From Trueperaceae bacterium (GTDB lineage Bacteria; Deinococcota; Deinococci; Deinococcales; Trueperaceae), in the NCBI GenBank assembly GCA_034520945.1, contig JAXHNB010000001.1, forward strand, positions 1 to 64,000: a stretch of 64,000 nucleotides of DNA, read 5' to 3'. Position 1 is the first letter of the stretch; each line of letters starts with the position of its first letter. Of this stretch, positions 45,948-55,223 are shown piece after piece. The notes beneath the pieces are model-generated. The model saw nothing but the letters and a program-made list of their open reading frames with translations. It had not been told where the DNA came from and did not search any database. Position numbers and translations under genes: made by a program.

Positions 45948-46141
45948 GCGTTCACCTCCTCTCCGCTTGGAATCGCCGCGGGGGCCCTGGGCCGTCCCGT
46001 TCGAAGGGGGCACGGCGCGACGCGAACCGGCGTGCGGTCCGCCCTCAGGGACGCATTCCCTGCCGCGGGGGCCGCCGAGCGGCGGCAACTGACGATTGTA
46101 GCACGATTCGTCCGTCCAGCACGGTGACGCGGCGGGGCGCG

Positions 46142-47566
46142 TCACCCGCGCGGCGCGGCGTCCGCGTCCACGACCTCGTCGCCCGTCCAGGCGCGCGCCA
46201 CGGCCCGGGCGTCCCGCACGCAGGCGTTCACGCCGGCGCCGCCGTACGCGGCGCCCACGAGCGCCAGCGGACCCAGCGCGGCGGCCCGCGCCCGCCAGCG
46301 AGACACCCGGGCGGGGTGCCCCACGAGCGGTTGGGGGATGGCCCGAGGCCAGGTGAGGGTGCGCACGTGGGTGGGCGGGGCGTTCACCCCGAGCGTGACG
46401 CGCAGGTCGCGCCGCGCCACGGCCAGCGCCTCGTCCGCGCCCATGCGGACCAACGCCGGGTCGCGGCGCCCGCCGGCCAGGACACGCAACAGGGCGGTTC
46501 CCTCCGGCGCCTGCCCGGGGAATAGGGTGGAGGCGAACAGCACGCCCAGGCTGCGGGCGCCCCGGCCGGCGGGGATCAGGTAGCCGAAGCCGCCCAGGGG
46601 ATGCGGCACGTCGACGCGCCGGTAGCCGAGCGCGATCACGCGCATGGGCGCGTAGGGAAGGGCGGCCAGTTCGTCGGCCAGCTCGGCGTCGTGGGGCCCC
46701 AGCAGCTCCGCCGCCGCGTGGGTCGGCACCGCCAGCGCGACGCGGCGGGCCCGCACCTCCTCGGCGCCTGCGCAGCGGAGCCGCCAGCCGTCACGCTCGC
46801 GCGTCAGGGCGTGCACGGGCGTGCCGGTCCGCAGCGCATCGCCCGCGGCGGCGGCCAGGGCGTCGGTGAAGGCCTGCATGCCGTCGGCCCCGAAGCCGTG
46901 GAGGCGTGGGCGTGGCGGCGCGTCGGCGGTCGATGCGTCAGCGTGCGGTGCCGCGGCCTGGGCCCGTTTCGTGCGGGCCCGGACGGCACGCAGCAGGCTG
47001 CCGTGCCTCCGCTCCATGGCACGCAGCTCGGGAAACGCCGCGTCCAGCGAGACCTCGCGCGGGTCGCCGCCCAGGACGCCCAGCACCAATGCTTCGCCCA
47101 GCGCGTCGGCGGCCGGACGCCCGAACCTGCGCGCGAGGAAGGCGTCGACGCTCTCCTCTTCGGTGCCCACGGGCGCCCACGGCTCGGCCAGCGCGATCGC
47201 CTTGCCAAGGGGGCCGAGCAGTTCGCTACGCAGCGCCTCCCGCGGCGACGTGGGCAGCGGGCGCAGCCCGCCGTCCCGGTAGATCCAACGCGTGCGGGCG
47301 GCTGGATCGGCGGGCCGTGGGTCCGCCCCCAGCGCCCGGGCGAGGGGGACGGCGCCGTCTGCGTCGTCCAGCACGCCGCTGGGCCCCCAGTCGGCGAGGT
47401 ACCCCTCGGCGCGGCTGCTCCGCGCTGCGCCGCCGGGGGCCTCGTCGGCCTCCAGCACGGCGATCCGCCACGACGGCCGGGCGCGCCGCAGCAGGGCGGC
47501 CAGCGCCAACCCGCTCACGCCGGCGCCTACCACGGCGGCGTCGAACGTCGGCTCGGGGTGCGTCAC
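46142..47566 (-). CDS. hemY: HemY-type protoporphyrinogen oxidase
   Basis: VVGAGVSGL, LEADEAPGG, GFGYLIP, WPRAIPQ, GAGVNACV. Confidence 0.9.
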   Translation of the reverse strand: MTHPEPTFDAAVVGAGVSGLALAALLRRARPSWRIAVLEADEAPGGAARSSRAEGYLADWGPSGVLDDADGAVPLARALGADPRPADPAARTRWIYRDGGLRPLPTSPREALRSELLGPLGKAIALAEPWAPVGTEEESVDAFLARRFGRPAADALGEALVLGVLGGDPREVSLDAAFPELRAMERRHGSLLRAVRARTKRAQAAAPHADASTADAPPRPRLHGFGADGMQAFTDALAAAAGDALRTGTPVHALTRERDGWRLRCAGAEEVRARRVALAVPTHAAAELLGPHDAELADELAALPYAPMRVIALGYRRVDVPHPLGGFGYLIPAGRGARSLGVLFASTLFPGQAPEGTALLRVLAGGRRDPALVRMGADEALAVARRDLRVTLGVNAPPTHVRTLTWPRAIPQPLVGHPARVSRWRARAAALGPLALVGAAYGGAGVNACVRDARAVARAWTGDEVVDADAAPRG

Positions 47567-47625
47567 GGCGTGCACGATACCGCGGCCGTCGCGGCGTGCC
47601 GCCGGCGCGCGGGGTGGCCCGCCGT

Positions 47626-48618
47626 TCAGGGGCGGCGGTACACGAAGGTGGACCGGATCACGTACGGCCAGGTGGGGCGGGGGTCTTCGCCGGTGAACAG
47701 GCGGTCCAGGACCAGGCAGCGCACCTGGTGCCAGCCGGGGCTCAGGGGTGGGGTGCGGGCCGGGATCAGGGCGGCCGTGCCGCGCGGGACCTTGCCGTAC
47801 CACAACAGGCGCCCCTCGAAGGCGGGGAACTGCCGGTCGTTTAACAGGCAGGTGAGGGCGTACGGCCCGTCGTGGCGCGCGGACTCGCCGTACCACAGGC
47901 CGAAGCGCCAGACCTCCTCGCCGGCCGGCAGCACGTGGATCGATGCCGGGGCCCGCGGCGTGCCGCGGTCGTAGAGGTAGGCGTCGGGCAGGGGGGCCTC
48001 GGCGCGGGTCGCCTCGGTGGACGCCAGGCCGGGCGGTGGTGGCCGTGCTTCGCCGAAGGCCACGCGACGCATGTCGGCCTGGTCGTACGCGTACGTGACG
48101 GCGTCGGCGGGGGAGAGGGGCTGGTCGGGGCCGGCTTCGCGGATCGCCTCGGGCACGGCGGGCGAGGGGTGAGGGGTCAGGTGCACGTCGAGCGCTGTGC
48201 CGGCGGGATGCGGGAGGTGAACGCTCCACGCCGCCGTTTCCCCACACGCAACGGTGCGGACCGGATCAGGCCCGTGGCGCTGCACGCCGTCGGCGAAGGC
48301 CAGCATGGCGACGTCCACGGGCTGTGGGACCGAGATCAGGCGGAAGGTCGCACGAAGCGAGGTTGCGTCCGCGTCACGCTTCGTGTCGCTGCCCACCGAG
48401 TAGCGGATCCGGTCGGGCTGCGGGTCGGCGCAGGGATCGCGTTGGGCGTCGGCAGGATGGCCCGCCGCGAGCAGCGCGGCGGATAAGAGCAGGGTACGTC
48501 CGACCTTCCTTGCGCGGCGCACCCGCCCCGCCCCCATGTCGGGGGGCGGGGCGCCAGGGCGCGTGAGGGCAAGCCGGAACAAGGGCGGAGATGCGGGCGT
48601 ACCGGGGGGTCGGCTCAT
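47626..48618 (-). CDS. hypothetical secreted protein
   Basis: Basic stretch then LLLSAALLAAGHPADA; beta-rich, four Cys; ATGA overlap with upstream gene (alternative start 48537). Confidence 0.7.
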   Translation of the reverse strand: MSRPPGTPASPPLFRLALTRPGAPPPDMGAGRVRRARKVGRTLLLSAALLAAGHPADAQRDPCADPQPDRIRYSVGSDTKRDADATSLRATFRLISVPQPVDVAMLAFADGVQRHGPDPVRTVACGETAAWSVHLPHPAGTALDVHLTPHPSPAVPEAIREAGPDQPLSPADAVTYAYDQADMRRVAFGEARPPPPGLASTEATRAEAPLPDAYLYDRGTPRAPASIHVLPAGEEVWRFGLWYGESARHDGPYALTCLLNDRQFPAFEGRLLWYGKVPRGTAALIPARTPPLSPGWHQVRCLVLDRLFTGEDPRPTWPYVIRSTFVYRRP

Positions 48619-49163
48619 CGGTCGTATGTTTCGTCGTACTCGGGAAAGTCCCCCGCGTTCTCGATCCCCTTGTGCCAGCCGTCCGCCCGCAAGGAGTACT
48701 CTTCGTACTCCTGGCAGGGGGCGCTGTACGACACCGAGGCCGAGATCGCCGAGATCGGGCCGTAGCTGTCCTCGAACGTCTGATTGCGCAGCACGCCGTT
48801 GGCGTACAGCTTGACGTCGGCCGCCAGATAGTAGGCAGAGCGGTTGGCGACGGTGGAGGCGTAGGCGTCGGCGCTCCAGGTGAAGAAATCGCTGTCGGGG
48901 TAGAAGCAGTCCATGGCGAACACGTTCAGGTCGGTGGCGGAGTCGTCGAGGTGGAACGGCTCGTCGTCGTCGTACCCTTCGTCGTACCCGTCATCGTCGT
49001 CCCCGCCCCAGCCGGCGACGGTACGTGCCAGCGCGTCGGACGGGGCCGGAACGGGCCCCTCGGCTGCGGCGAGGCCCGCCAGCAGCAGCGTGAGCGTGAG
49101 CAACGTGGCCGTCCACGCCAGGCGTGCGCCCGGCGCCACGTCTCGGTGGGGATGGGCGTTCAT
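48615..49163 (-). CDS. hypothetical secreted acidic, Tyr-rich protein
   Basis: Signal TLLTLTLLLAGLAAA; WGGDDDDGYDEGYDDDE; ATGA overlaps at both ends; GGGAGG RBS. Confidence 0.75.
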   Translation of the reverse strand: MNAHPHRDVAPGARLAWTATLLTLTLLLAGLAAAEGPVPAPSDALARTVAGWGGDDDDGYDEGYDDDEPFHLDDSATDLNVFAMDCFYPDSDFFTWSADAYASTVANRSAYYLAADVKLYANGVLRNQTFEDSYGPISAISASVSYSAPCQEYEEYSLRADGWHKGIENAGDFPEYDETYDR

Positions 49164-49684
49164 CGCGGGCCTCCCTTCAGGCCGAGCTGCCGGGCCAACG
49201 CCGGGTCGGCGCCGGGGTGAGAGACGAGGCGGCGCAGCTCGGCACGGCCGACACCGCGTCCCTGCGTCCGGGCCCAGGCGGCGCGCACCTGCCCCATGGT
49301 CACGCCGGCCGCGTCGAGGTGACGGCGCAGCGCCTCGGGACCGGCGTGGAGCAGCACGTCGCGCGTGGCGGGCGGAACCTGGTTCAGCACCGCGTCGTCC
49401 AGGCGCAGCAGGTTCAGGTCGCGGCCGTGCGACAACGTTCGCGGCAGGCCGGGCGGGAGGCGCTTGCCCCCCAGCAGGAAGGTGCCGTCCTCCGCGACGG
49501 TGATCTCACCGAGTTCGGCGAGGTCCAGGGTGCGCATCACCTCGGCGCGCGTCCAGGTGGGGTGCGGCCGGTCGGCCGTCTCCACTTCGGGGGCGTCGGG
49601 CGTGCCGCAGGCGGCCAGCATCACCGCGAGCGCGGCGAGGGCGACGGCGACGCGTGTACGCGTGGCGGGGGGTGTGCGTGTCAT
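49160..49684 (-). CDS. hypothetical lipoprotein
   Basis: VALAALAVMLAA-C lipobox; GGAGGG RBS. Confidence 0.75.
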   Translation of the reverse strand: MTRTPPATRTRVAVALAALAVMLAACGTPDAPEVETADRPHPTWTRAEVMRTLDLAELGEITVAEDGTFLLGGKRLPPGLPRTLSHGRDLNLLRLDDAVLNQVPPATRDVLLHAGPEALRRHLDAAGVTMGQVRAAWARTQGRGVGRAELRRLVSHPGADPALARQLGLKGGPR

Positions 49685-49712
49685 AGGGGTCCCTCCGTGA
49701 ACGACTCGGGGC

Positions 49713-51137
49713 TCAGGGTCGGCGTCTGCGTGGCGTCAGCGGCCTCACCCCCCTTCGGCGCGTCGCCCCGGCCGCCAGGGCCAGGGCGGGAAGGTCGAGG
49801 GTGCCGCCGAAACGGGCGTAGGGCGTGCGGGCGCGTGCCCAGGCGAGGTCGTGCACCAGGACGGCCGGGTCCCGCCCCGAGGTGTGGGCCACGGTGCGGC
49901 CGCGTGCGTCCAGCACGGTCGTGGGCCCGGTCGCGGTGACGAACAGCACGGGCGTGCCGTTCTCGGCGGCGCGGAGGCGCGCCACCGCGAGCTGCAGGTG
50001 CGGCATGGCGCTTCGCCCCGCGAAGGCGGCGTCCGACACGGCGACGAGCGCGTCCGCGTCGCGGGTGGCGGCGCGGATCTCGGCGGCGTACACCAGGTCG
50101 AAGCACACCGCCAGGGACAGCCGTCGTGGGCCGAACGTCACCTGCGCGGCCTCCGTGCCCGCTTCGAAGCGATCCTCGTGCCAAGGCACGGGATGACGCT
50201 TGACGTAGCGCACGGCGGCGTCGTCGGCCAGGTCGACCACGGCGTTGCGGAGCCCGGCATCGTCGCGAACCGCTGCCCCGACCAACACGGCGAACGGGGC
50301 CGTACCGAAGACGGGCGCCACGCGCGGGCCGGCGACGCCGGTGGGGGAGAGCGTCCCCTCCGGCCCAATGATCAGCCTGGCGCCCTGGCGCACGGCCCGC
50401 CGCAGCTGCCCGTCCAGGCGCGCCCGTAGGGCACGGCCCGCCTCCGGCCACCGCGCCGCCCAGGCGCGATCGGCCCGGCGGACGCCGGTCTGCAGCAGGG
50501 CGACGCGGGTGGTCGCGTCCCCCGGGGACGCGCGCAGCGTGCGCGGCGGCACGGCGAGGTGGGTCGCCAGCAGCAGCGCGGTCAGGCAGCCGAGCCACAT
50601 CGCGGGGCGCCGCAGGGTGGCCGCCCGTGGGCGCCGCGTCGCCAGCGGGAGGTCCGCCACCGCGAGCGCGGCCAGCCATGCCGCCACGCTGGTCGTGCTG
50701 ACGCCGGCGAGGGCGGCGGTCGGTCCCAGCGGCGTGGCGGCCACCAGGTAGCCGACCCGGACGAGCGGCAGGCCGCCGAGGTGGCCCCAGGCGGCTTCGA
50801 CGCTCAGCCAGGCCGCGGCGAAGCCCAGCGACGCCGCCTGCATGGAGGCGCCGCCGCGTAGGGCGCGGGCGTGGACCGCGCCGGCGAGGGCGAAGGGCGC
50901 GGCGACGGGCAGGGCCGCCAGCGGCGCCCACGGCCACACCTGCACGGCGCCGCCCGCCGTTACCGCCAGCGCGGATGCGACCGGCAGGGCGGACGCCGCG
51001 CAGGCCCCGAGGTAGCTGCGGGCGCGACGGGCGGCGTGCAGGGCCAACGCCAGCGCGGGCACCACCAGGATCGCGAGGGCCTCGTGGGCGGTTCCGAGCG
51101 CCATCGTTGCGGTGGAGGCCGCCAGAAGCAGACGCAT
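49713..51137 (-). CDS. apolipoprotein N-acyltransferase (Lnt)-like protein
   Basis: Multi-TM N-terminus; nitrilase triad IIGPEG, YVKRHPVP, AVCFD; LRAAENG. Confidence 0.8.
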   Translation of the reverse strand: MRLLLAASTATMALGTAHEALAILVVPALALALHAARRARSYLGACAASALPVASALAVTAGGAVQVWPWAPLAALPVAAPFALAGAVHARALRGGASMQAASLGFAAAWLSVEAAWGHLGGLPLVRVGYLVAATPLGPTAALAGVSTTSVAAWLAALAVADLPLATRRPRAATLRRPAMWLGCLTALLLATHLAVPPRTLRASPGDATTRVALLQTGVRRADRAWAARWPEAGRALRARLDGQLRRAVRQGARLIIGPEGTLSPTGVAGPRVAPVFGTAPFAVLVGAAVRDDAGLRNAVVDLADDAAVRYVKRHPVPWHEDRFEAGTEAAQVTFGPRRLSLAVCFDLVYAAEIRAATRDADALVAVSDAAFAGRSAMPHLQLAVARLRAAENGTPVLFVTATGPTTVLDARGRTVAHTSGRDPAVLVHDLAWARARTPYARFGGTLDLPALALAAGATRRRGVRPLTPRRRRP

Positions 51138-51730
51138 CAGCCCGCCTCCGGCACGAAGACGAGGCCGGTCCATGCGGCGCGGAAGTCGTCCAGGGCGAGG
51201 CCGCGCAGGCCGCGCGCCGGGTCGGCCAGCAGCACGGCGCGGTCACTCAGGCGCCGCACCACCACCAGGTGGCCGGGCGCGGCAGGGGTGGGCGGCGCCA
51301 ACTCGGCGGCGAAGGGGCGGGGCAGGGCCGGCAGGTCGGTCAGGCGGGCGTGCAGCCAGCGGCCTTGGATCCCCACCTCGGCCGCCAGCGCCGCGACGTC
51401 GTCGAGGCGGAGGCCGGCGGGTCCCAGGCGGTCGCCGGCGCGGACGGCCAGATCCCCTTGGTCGAGGGACCGCCCGCGCGACGCGGCCAGCATGGCGACG
51501 ACGGCCAGGCCACAGTCGGTGGGCCGCCGTTGCAGCACCACGCCCTGGGTGCCGAGCGATAGGCTGCCGTCCGGCCGCTGGAGCGACGGAGGCAGCGGGC
51601 GCGCCAGCGGCGCCCAGGCCAGCACCCATGGCAGCAGGAACGCCAGCAGCCGGGCGGGGCGCGCCCGGCCGTGCGGTGCGCGGCGGGCAGGCCGGGGCGT
51701 GGGCTGGGGGGCGGGGCGCGGGAACGGCAT
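51137..51730 (-). CDS. stand-alone C39-family cysteine peptidase
   Basis: VLQRRPTDCGLA, GHLVVV, LLADPARG, FRAAWTG; N-terminal hydrophobic signal. Confidence 0.85.
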   Translation of the reverse strand: MPFPRPAPQPTPRPARRAPHGRARPARLLAFLLPWVLAWAPLARPLPPSLQRPDGSLSLGTQGVVLQRRPTDCGLAVVAMLAASRGRSLDQGDLAVRAGDRLGPAGLRLDDVAALAAEVGIQGRWLHARLTDLPALPRPFAAELAPPTPAAPGHLVVVRRLSDRAVLLADPARGLRGLALDDFRAAWTGLVFVPEAG

Positions 51731-51926
51731 GCCGCCACGGTAGGGGGGCCGCCGCCACGGTGCGCGGGGTGGTGGGCAGCCTGCCTAGCGCAGGGGTGCA
51801 CGCGGCCGTGTCGCCTTGGCGTCACGGACGGGCGGCGCCGTGGCCCGGCCTACGGCGCCGCCGCGCGACCCGGCCGAGCCCCCGGTTCGCGCTGGGCGAG
51901 GCGGTGCGCGGCTGGACCGGCCGGCC

Positions 51927-53051
51927 TCAGTCCGTCGCGTAGCCACCCTTCTTCAAAGACGGGCTGACGTTGGTGCGCTTGTACGGTGCCACCGGCTTCA
52001 GGACGTTGCGGCACTGCGGGTTGACGCAGCCGGGGCAGCGCAGGCCGTACTGGGTGCTGCACGCTTCGCCGCGCTTGAGGTGCTCGGCGACGATCTCGCT
52101 CAGCGCGTCCTGGAAGCGCGGCATGCCGTTGAGGGCCGGGGCGCGCACGTAGTTGTCGATGCCGACCTTCTCGGCCAGCTCGCCGTACTCGATGTCCAGT
52201 TCGTGCAGCGTCTCGATGTGGTCGCTGGTGAAGGCGATCGGGACGACCAGGACGTTCTTGCGCCTCTTGGCGCCCAGCTGCTCGATGACCGACTCGGTCG
52301 ACGGGCCCAGCCACGGCACGGGACCCACCTCGGACTGGTAGGCGATCAGGTACTCGTAGGCGTAGCCCAGCCGCTGCATCACCTCGTGCGTGGTGGCGCC
52401 GACCTCGGCCGGGTAGGGATCGCCCCGGTTGACGACGCTCATCGGCAGCGAGTGGGCGCTGAACACGATCGCCACGTCCTCGCGATCCTCGTCCGAGAAC
52501 TCGGCCAGGCCCTGGCGCACCGTTTCGGTCATGGCGTCCACGAAGGTGGCGTGCGTCGGCCAGCGGTCGATCACGCTCCATGTGAACGCGTCCTGCAGCC
52601 CCACGCGGCGGGCGGCCCGCCACAACTCGTTCAGCGACGAGCCGGTGGTCGCGCAACTGAACTGCGGGTACTGCGTGAACGCCACCGCCCGGGTGATGCC
52701 GTCGTCGTGCATCGCCTTCAGGGCATCCTCGCTGAGCGGGTCGATGTAGCGGAACGCCACGTAGTGGCGGTGCGGGGCCGTCTGGGGCGAGAGGGTGTCC
52801 AGGCGCTCGCACATGCCGCGGCCTTGGAGCTCGGTCCAGTCCAGGATGGGGCTGCCGCCGCCGATGTCCTGGTAGTTGCTCTGCACGCTCTTGGTGCGCC
52901 TGTTGGCGATGAACGGCCCCAGCCAACGCTGCGCCGGCAGCTGAATGATCTCCCGGTCGGCGAACAGCCGGAGCAGGAACGGGTTGACCTCGTCCAGGCG
53001 CTTCGGCCCACCGAGGTTCATCATCACGATTCCGGTACCACCTTGGCTCAT
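51927..53051 (-). CDS. hemH: ferrochelatase
   Basis: MNLGGP, GGGSPI, FSAHSLP, QSEVGPVPWLGP, AFTSDHIETL, C-terminal CPGCVNPQC. Confidence 0.97.
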   Translation of the reverse strand: MSQGGTGIVMMNLGGPKRLDEVNPFLLRLFADREIIQLPAQRWLGPFIANRRTKSVQSNYQDIGGGSPILDWTELQGRGMCERLDTLSPQTAPHRHYVAFRYIDPLSEDALKAMHDDGITRAVAFTQYPQFSCATTGSSLNELWRAARRVGLQDAFTWSVIDRWPTHATFVDAMTETVRQGLAEFSDEDREDVAIVFSAHSLPMSVVNRGDPYPAEVGATTHEVMQRLGYAYEYLIAYQSEVGPVPWLGPSTESVIEQLGAKRRKNVLVVPIAFTSDHIETLHELDIEYGELAEKVGIDNYVRAPALNGMPRFQDALSEIVAEHLKRGEACSTQYGLRCPGCVNPQCRNVLKPVAPYKRTNVSPSLKKGGYATD

Positions 53052-53109
53052 GCTGGCATCCTCTCCGAACCCGTGCATCGTCGCGTCACGGGGGTGCGAT
53101 GTGCGCTGA

Positions 53110-54186
53110 TCACGCGCCTTCGGGCGTCCGCGGGCGCTCGCTCGCGGCGAGCTCGCGCTCGATCTCGTCTCGCGCCGCCTCCGGCGTCAGGGCGGCCCAG
53201 TCGCGCGGTTGGTAGAACCGCAGCGCCCGGGCCTCCTCCGTCCCCGCCGCCGGCCTCGCGTCGAAGCGCCAGGACGCCTCGGGCGGCATGCTCATCAATA
53301 TCGCCTCGACGTTGCCGCGCGTCTGCAAGCCGAACAGCGTTCCCCGGTCGTACACCAGGTTGAACTCGACGTAGCGCCCGCGGCGCAGGCGTTGCCAGTC
53401 CTTCTCCCGCGCCCCCCACGGCGCCGAGGCGCGGCGGCGGACCAGCGGCAGGTACGCCTCCAGGACGGTGGCGAGGCCGTCCTCGACGAACGCCAGGTCG
53501 GCGGCGAAGTCGCCCGCGCCGGGGGGCGAGAGCTCGTCGAAGAAGATGCCGCCCACCCCCCGCATCTCGCCCCGATGCCGGATCGTGAAGTAGTCGTCGC
53601 AGGTTCGCTTCATCACGGCGTGATCGGCCTGCGGGTGCCGGTCGCACTGCGCCTTCAGCGCCTGGTGGAACTGCACCACGTCCGCTTCGCGGGGGTGGCT
53701 GGGGGTCGCGTCCGCCCCGCCGCCGAACCACCACACGCCGCTGTCCTCGCCCCGCCCCACCTCGAAGTAGCGGTAGTTGGCGTGAAACGCGCACACGTGG
53801 GGGTTCGTCGGGTGCAACACCATGCTGAGCCCCGTCGCGAAGAACGGCCGCCCCTCCGTGCCGGGATGCTGCGCCGCCAGGCTGGGCGGAACCTCGGCGC
53901 CGTGCACGGCCGACATGTTCACGCCGCCCCGCTCGAACGCCGCGCCGCCCTCGATCACGCGGGCGCGACCGCCCCCACCACCGGGCCGATCCCAGGCGTA
54001 CGGCCGGAAGGTGCCGCCGTCCTCCGCCTCCAGCGCGGAGACGATGCGCTCCTGCCACGTCCGCATGGTGCGCGCCACGCGTTCGCGACGCGTGCCGGGC
54101 GCGCCGGCCAGGCGGGCGACGTCGGCCAACGCCTCGGCGTCGGCCTCCCGGGTCCACGGCGCGTCGCCGGCGCCCCCGCCCCTCAC
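53110..54186 (-). CDS. hemF: oxygen-dependent coproporphyrinogen III oxidase
   Basis: FERGGVNMS, HANYRYF, WFGGGAD, RGVGGIFFD, RRGRYVEFNLVYDRGT. Confidence 0.96.
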   Translation of the reverse strand: MRGGGAGDAPWTREADAEALADVARLAGAPGTRRERVARTMRTWQERIVSALEAEDGGTFRPYAWDRPGGGGGRARVIEGGAAFERGGVNMSAVHGAEVPPSLAAQHPGTEGRPFFATGLSMVLHPTNPHVCAFHANYRYFEVGRGEDSGVWWFGGGADATPSHPREADVVQFHQALKAQCDRHPQADHAVMKRTCDDYFTIRHRGEMRGVGGIFFDELSPPGAGDFAADLAFVEDGLATVLEAYLPLVRRRASAPWGAREKDWQRLRRGRYVEFNLVYDRGTLFGLQTRGNVEAILMSMPPEASWRFDARPAAGTEEARALRFYQPRDWAALTPEAARDEIERELAASERPRTPEGA

Positions 54187-55223
54187 GCCGGCGCCTCCGC
54201 GGTCGCGGCGTGACGGTCGAAGCTTCGCACCGTATCGACGAGGACCTCGACGCGGGCGGGATCCACCATCGGCAGCATGCCGTGGCCCAGGTTGAACACG
54301 TGCGCACCGCCCAGGCCCGCACGCAGCACGCGCACGGCCTCATTGCGAACCGCCTCCGCGGGCCCCAACAGCGCGGCGGGGTCGAGGTTTCCCTGCAGGG
54401 CCGGCACGCGGCCGCCCACCGCGGCGCGCACCTGGTCCAGCGGGGTGCGCCAATCGACGCTCAGCGCCTCCAGCGGCAGGGTGGCGAAGGCGTCGTAGAG
54501 GTGCGCCGCCCCCACCGCGATGTAGATCCGCGGCACGCCCGTGTCGGCCAGGGCCTCCAGCACGCGGGCCGCGTAGGGCCGGCCGAAGGCGGCGTAGGTG
54601 CGGGCGTCGTGCAGGCCGGCCCAGGAGTCGAACAGCTGCACCGCCTGCGCCCCCGCCTCGATCTGGGCGCGCAGGTAGGCGATCGTCGTGTCGGTCAGCT
54701 TGTCCAGCAGCCGGTGCGCCAGCGCGGGCCGGGCCCGCAGCAGGCCGCGAAGCTGGGGGTACTCCTTGCTGCCGCCGCCCTCCACCAGGTAGGTGGCCAG
54801 CGTCAGCGGCGCGCCGCCGAACCCGATGAGCGGCACCTGCAGCTCGCCGCGCAGCAGGCGGATCGCTTCGGGCACGAACGGCGCGATCTCGCCCGCGTCC
54901 GGCACGCGGAGCGCGTCCACGTCGGCGTCTTGGCGGACCGGCCGGCGGATGATGGGGCCGGGCTGGAAGTCCACGTCGACGCCCATCGCCGGGAGCGGCG
55001 TCATGATGTCCTGGAACAGGATCGCGGCGTCCAGGCCGTAGCGCCGCACCGGTTGCAACGTCACCTCCGCCGCCAGCTCGGGGGTGCGGGCCAGCTCCCA
55101 GAACGCGTGGCGCTCCTTGAGGGCGCGGTACTCCGGCAGGTGCCGTCCGGCCTGCCGCATCAGCCAGATCGGCGCGCGCTCGGTATCTTCGCCGCGCACC
55201 GCGCGCAGGAACAGGTCGTTCAC
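54183..55223 (-). CDS. hemE: uroporphyrinogen decarboxylase
   Basis: PIWLMRQAGR, QLFDSW, LQGNLDP, NLGHG. Confidence 0.96.
   Translation of the reverse strand: MNDLFLRAVRGEDTERAPIWLMRQAGRHLPEYRALKERHAFWELARTPELAAEVTLQPVRRYGLDAAILFQDIMTPLPAMGVDVDFQPGPIIRRPVRQDADVDALRVPDAGEIAPFVPEAIRLLRGELQVPLIGFGGAPLTLATYLVEGGGSKEYPQLRGLLRARPALAHRLLDKLTDTTIAYLRAQIEAGAQAVQLFDSWAGLHDARTYAAFGRPYAARVLEALADTGVPRIYIAVGAAHLYDAFATLPLEALSVDWRTPLDQVRAAVGGRVPALQGNLDPAALLGPAEAVRNEAVRVLRAGLGGAHVFNLGHGMLPMVDPARVEVLVDTVRSFDRHAATAEAPA

Noticed and set aside
47626..51730. Classical bacteriocin/RiPP cluster or integrated mobile element
   Set aside because: No ABC exporter, short precursor, modifying enzyme, integrase or flanking direct repeats seen; composition looks host-like
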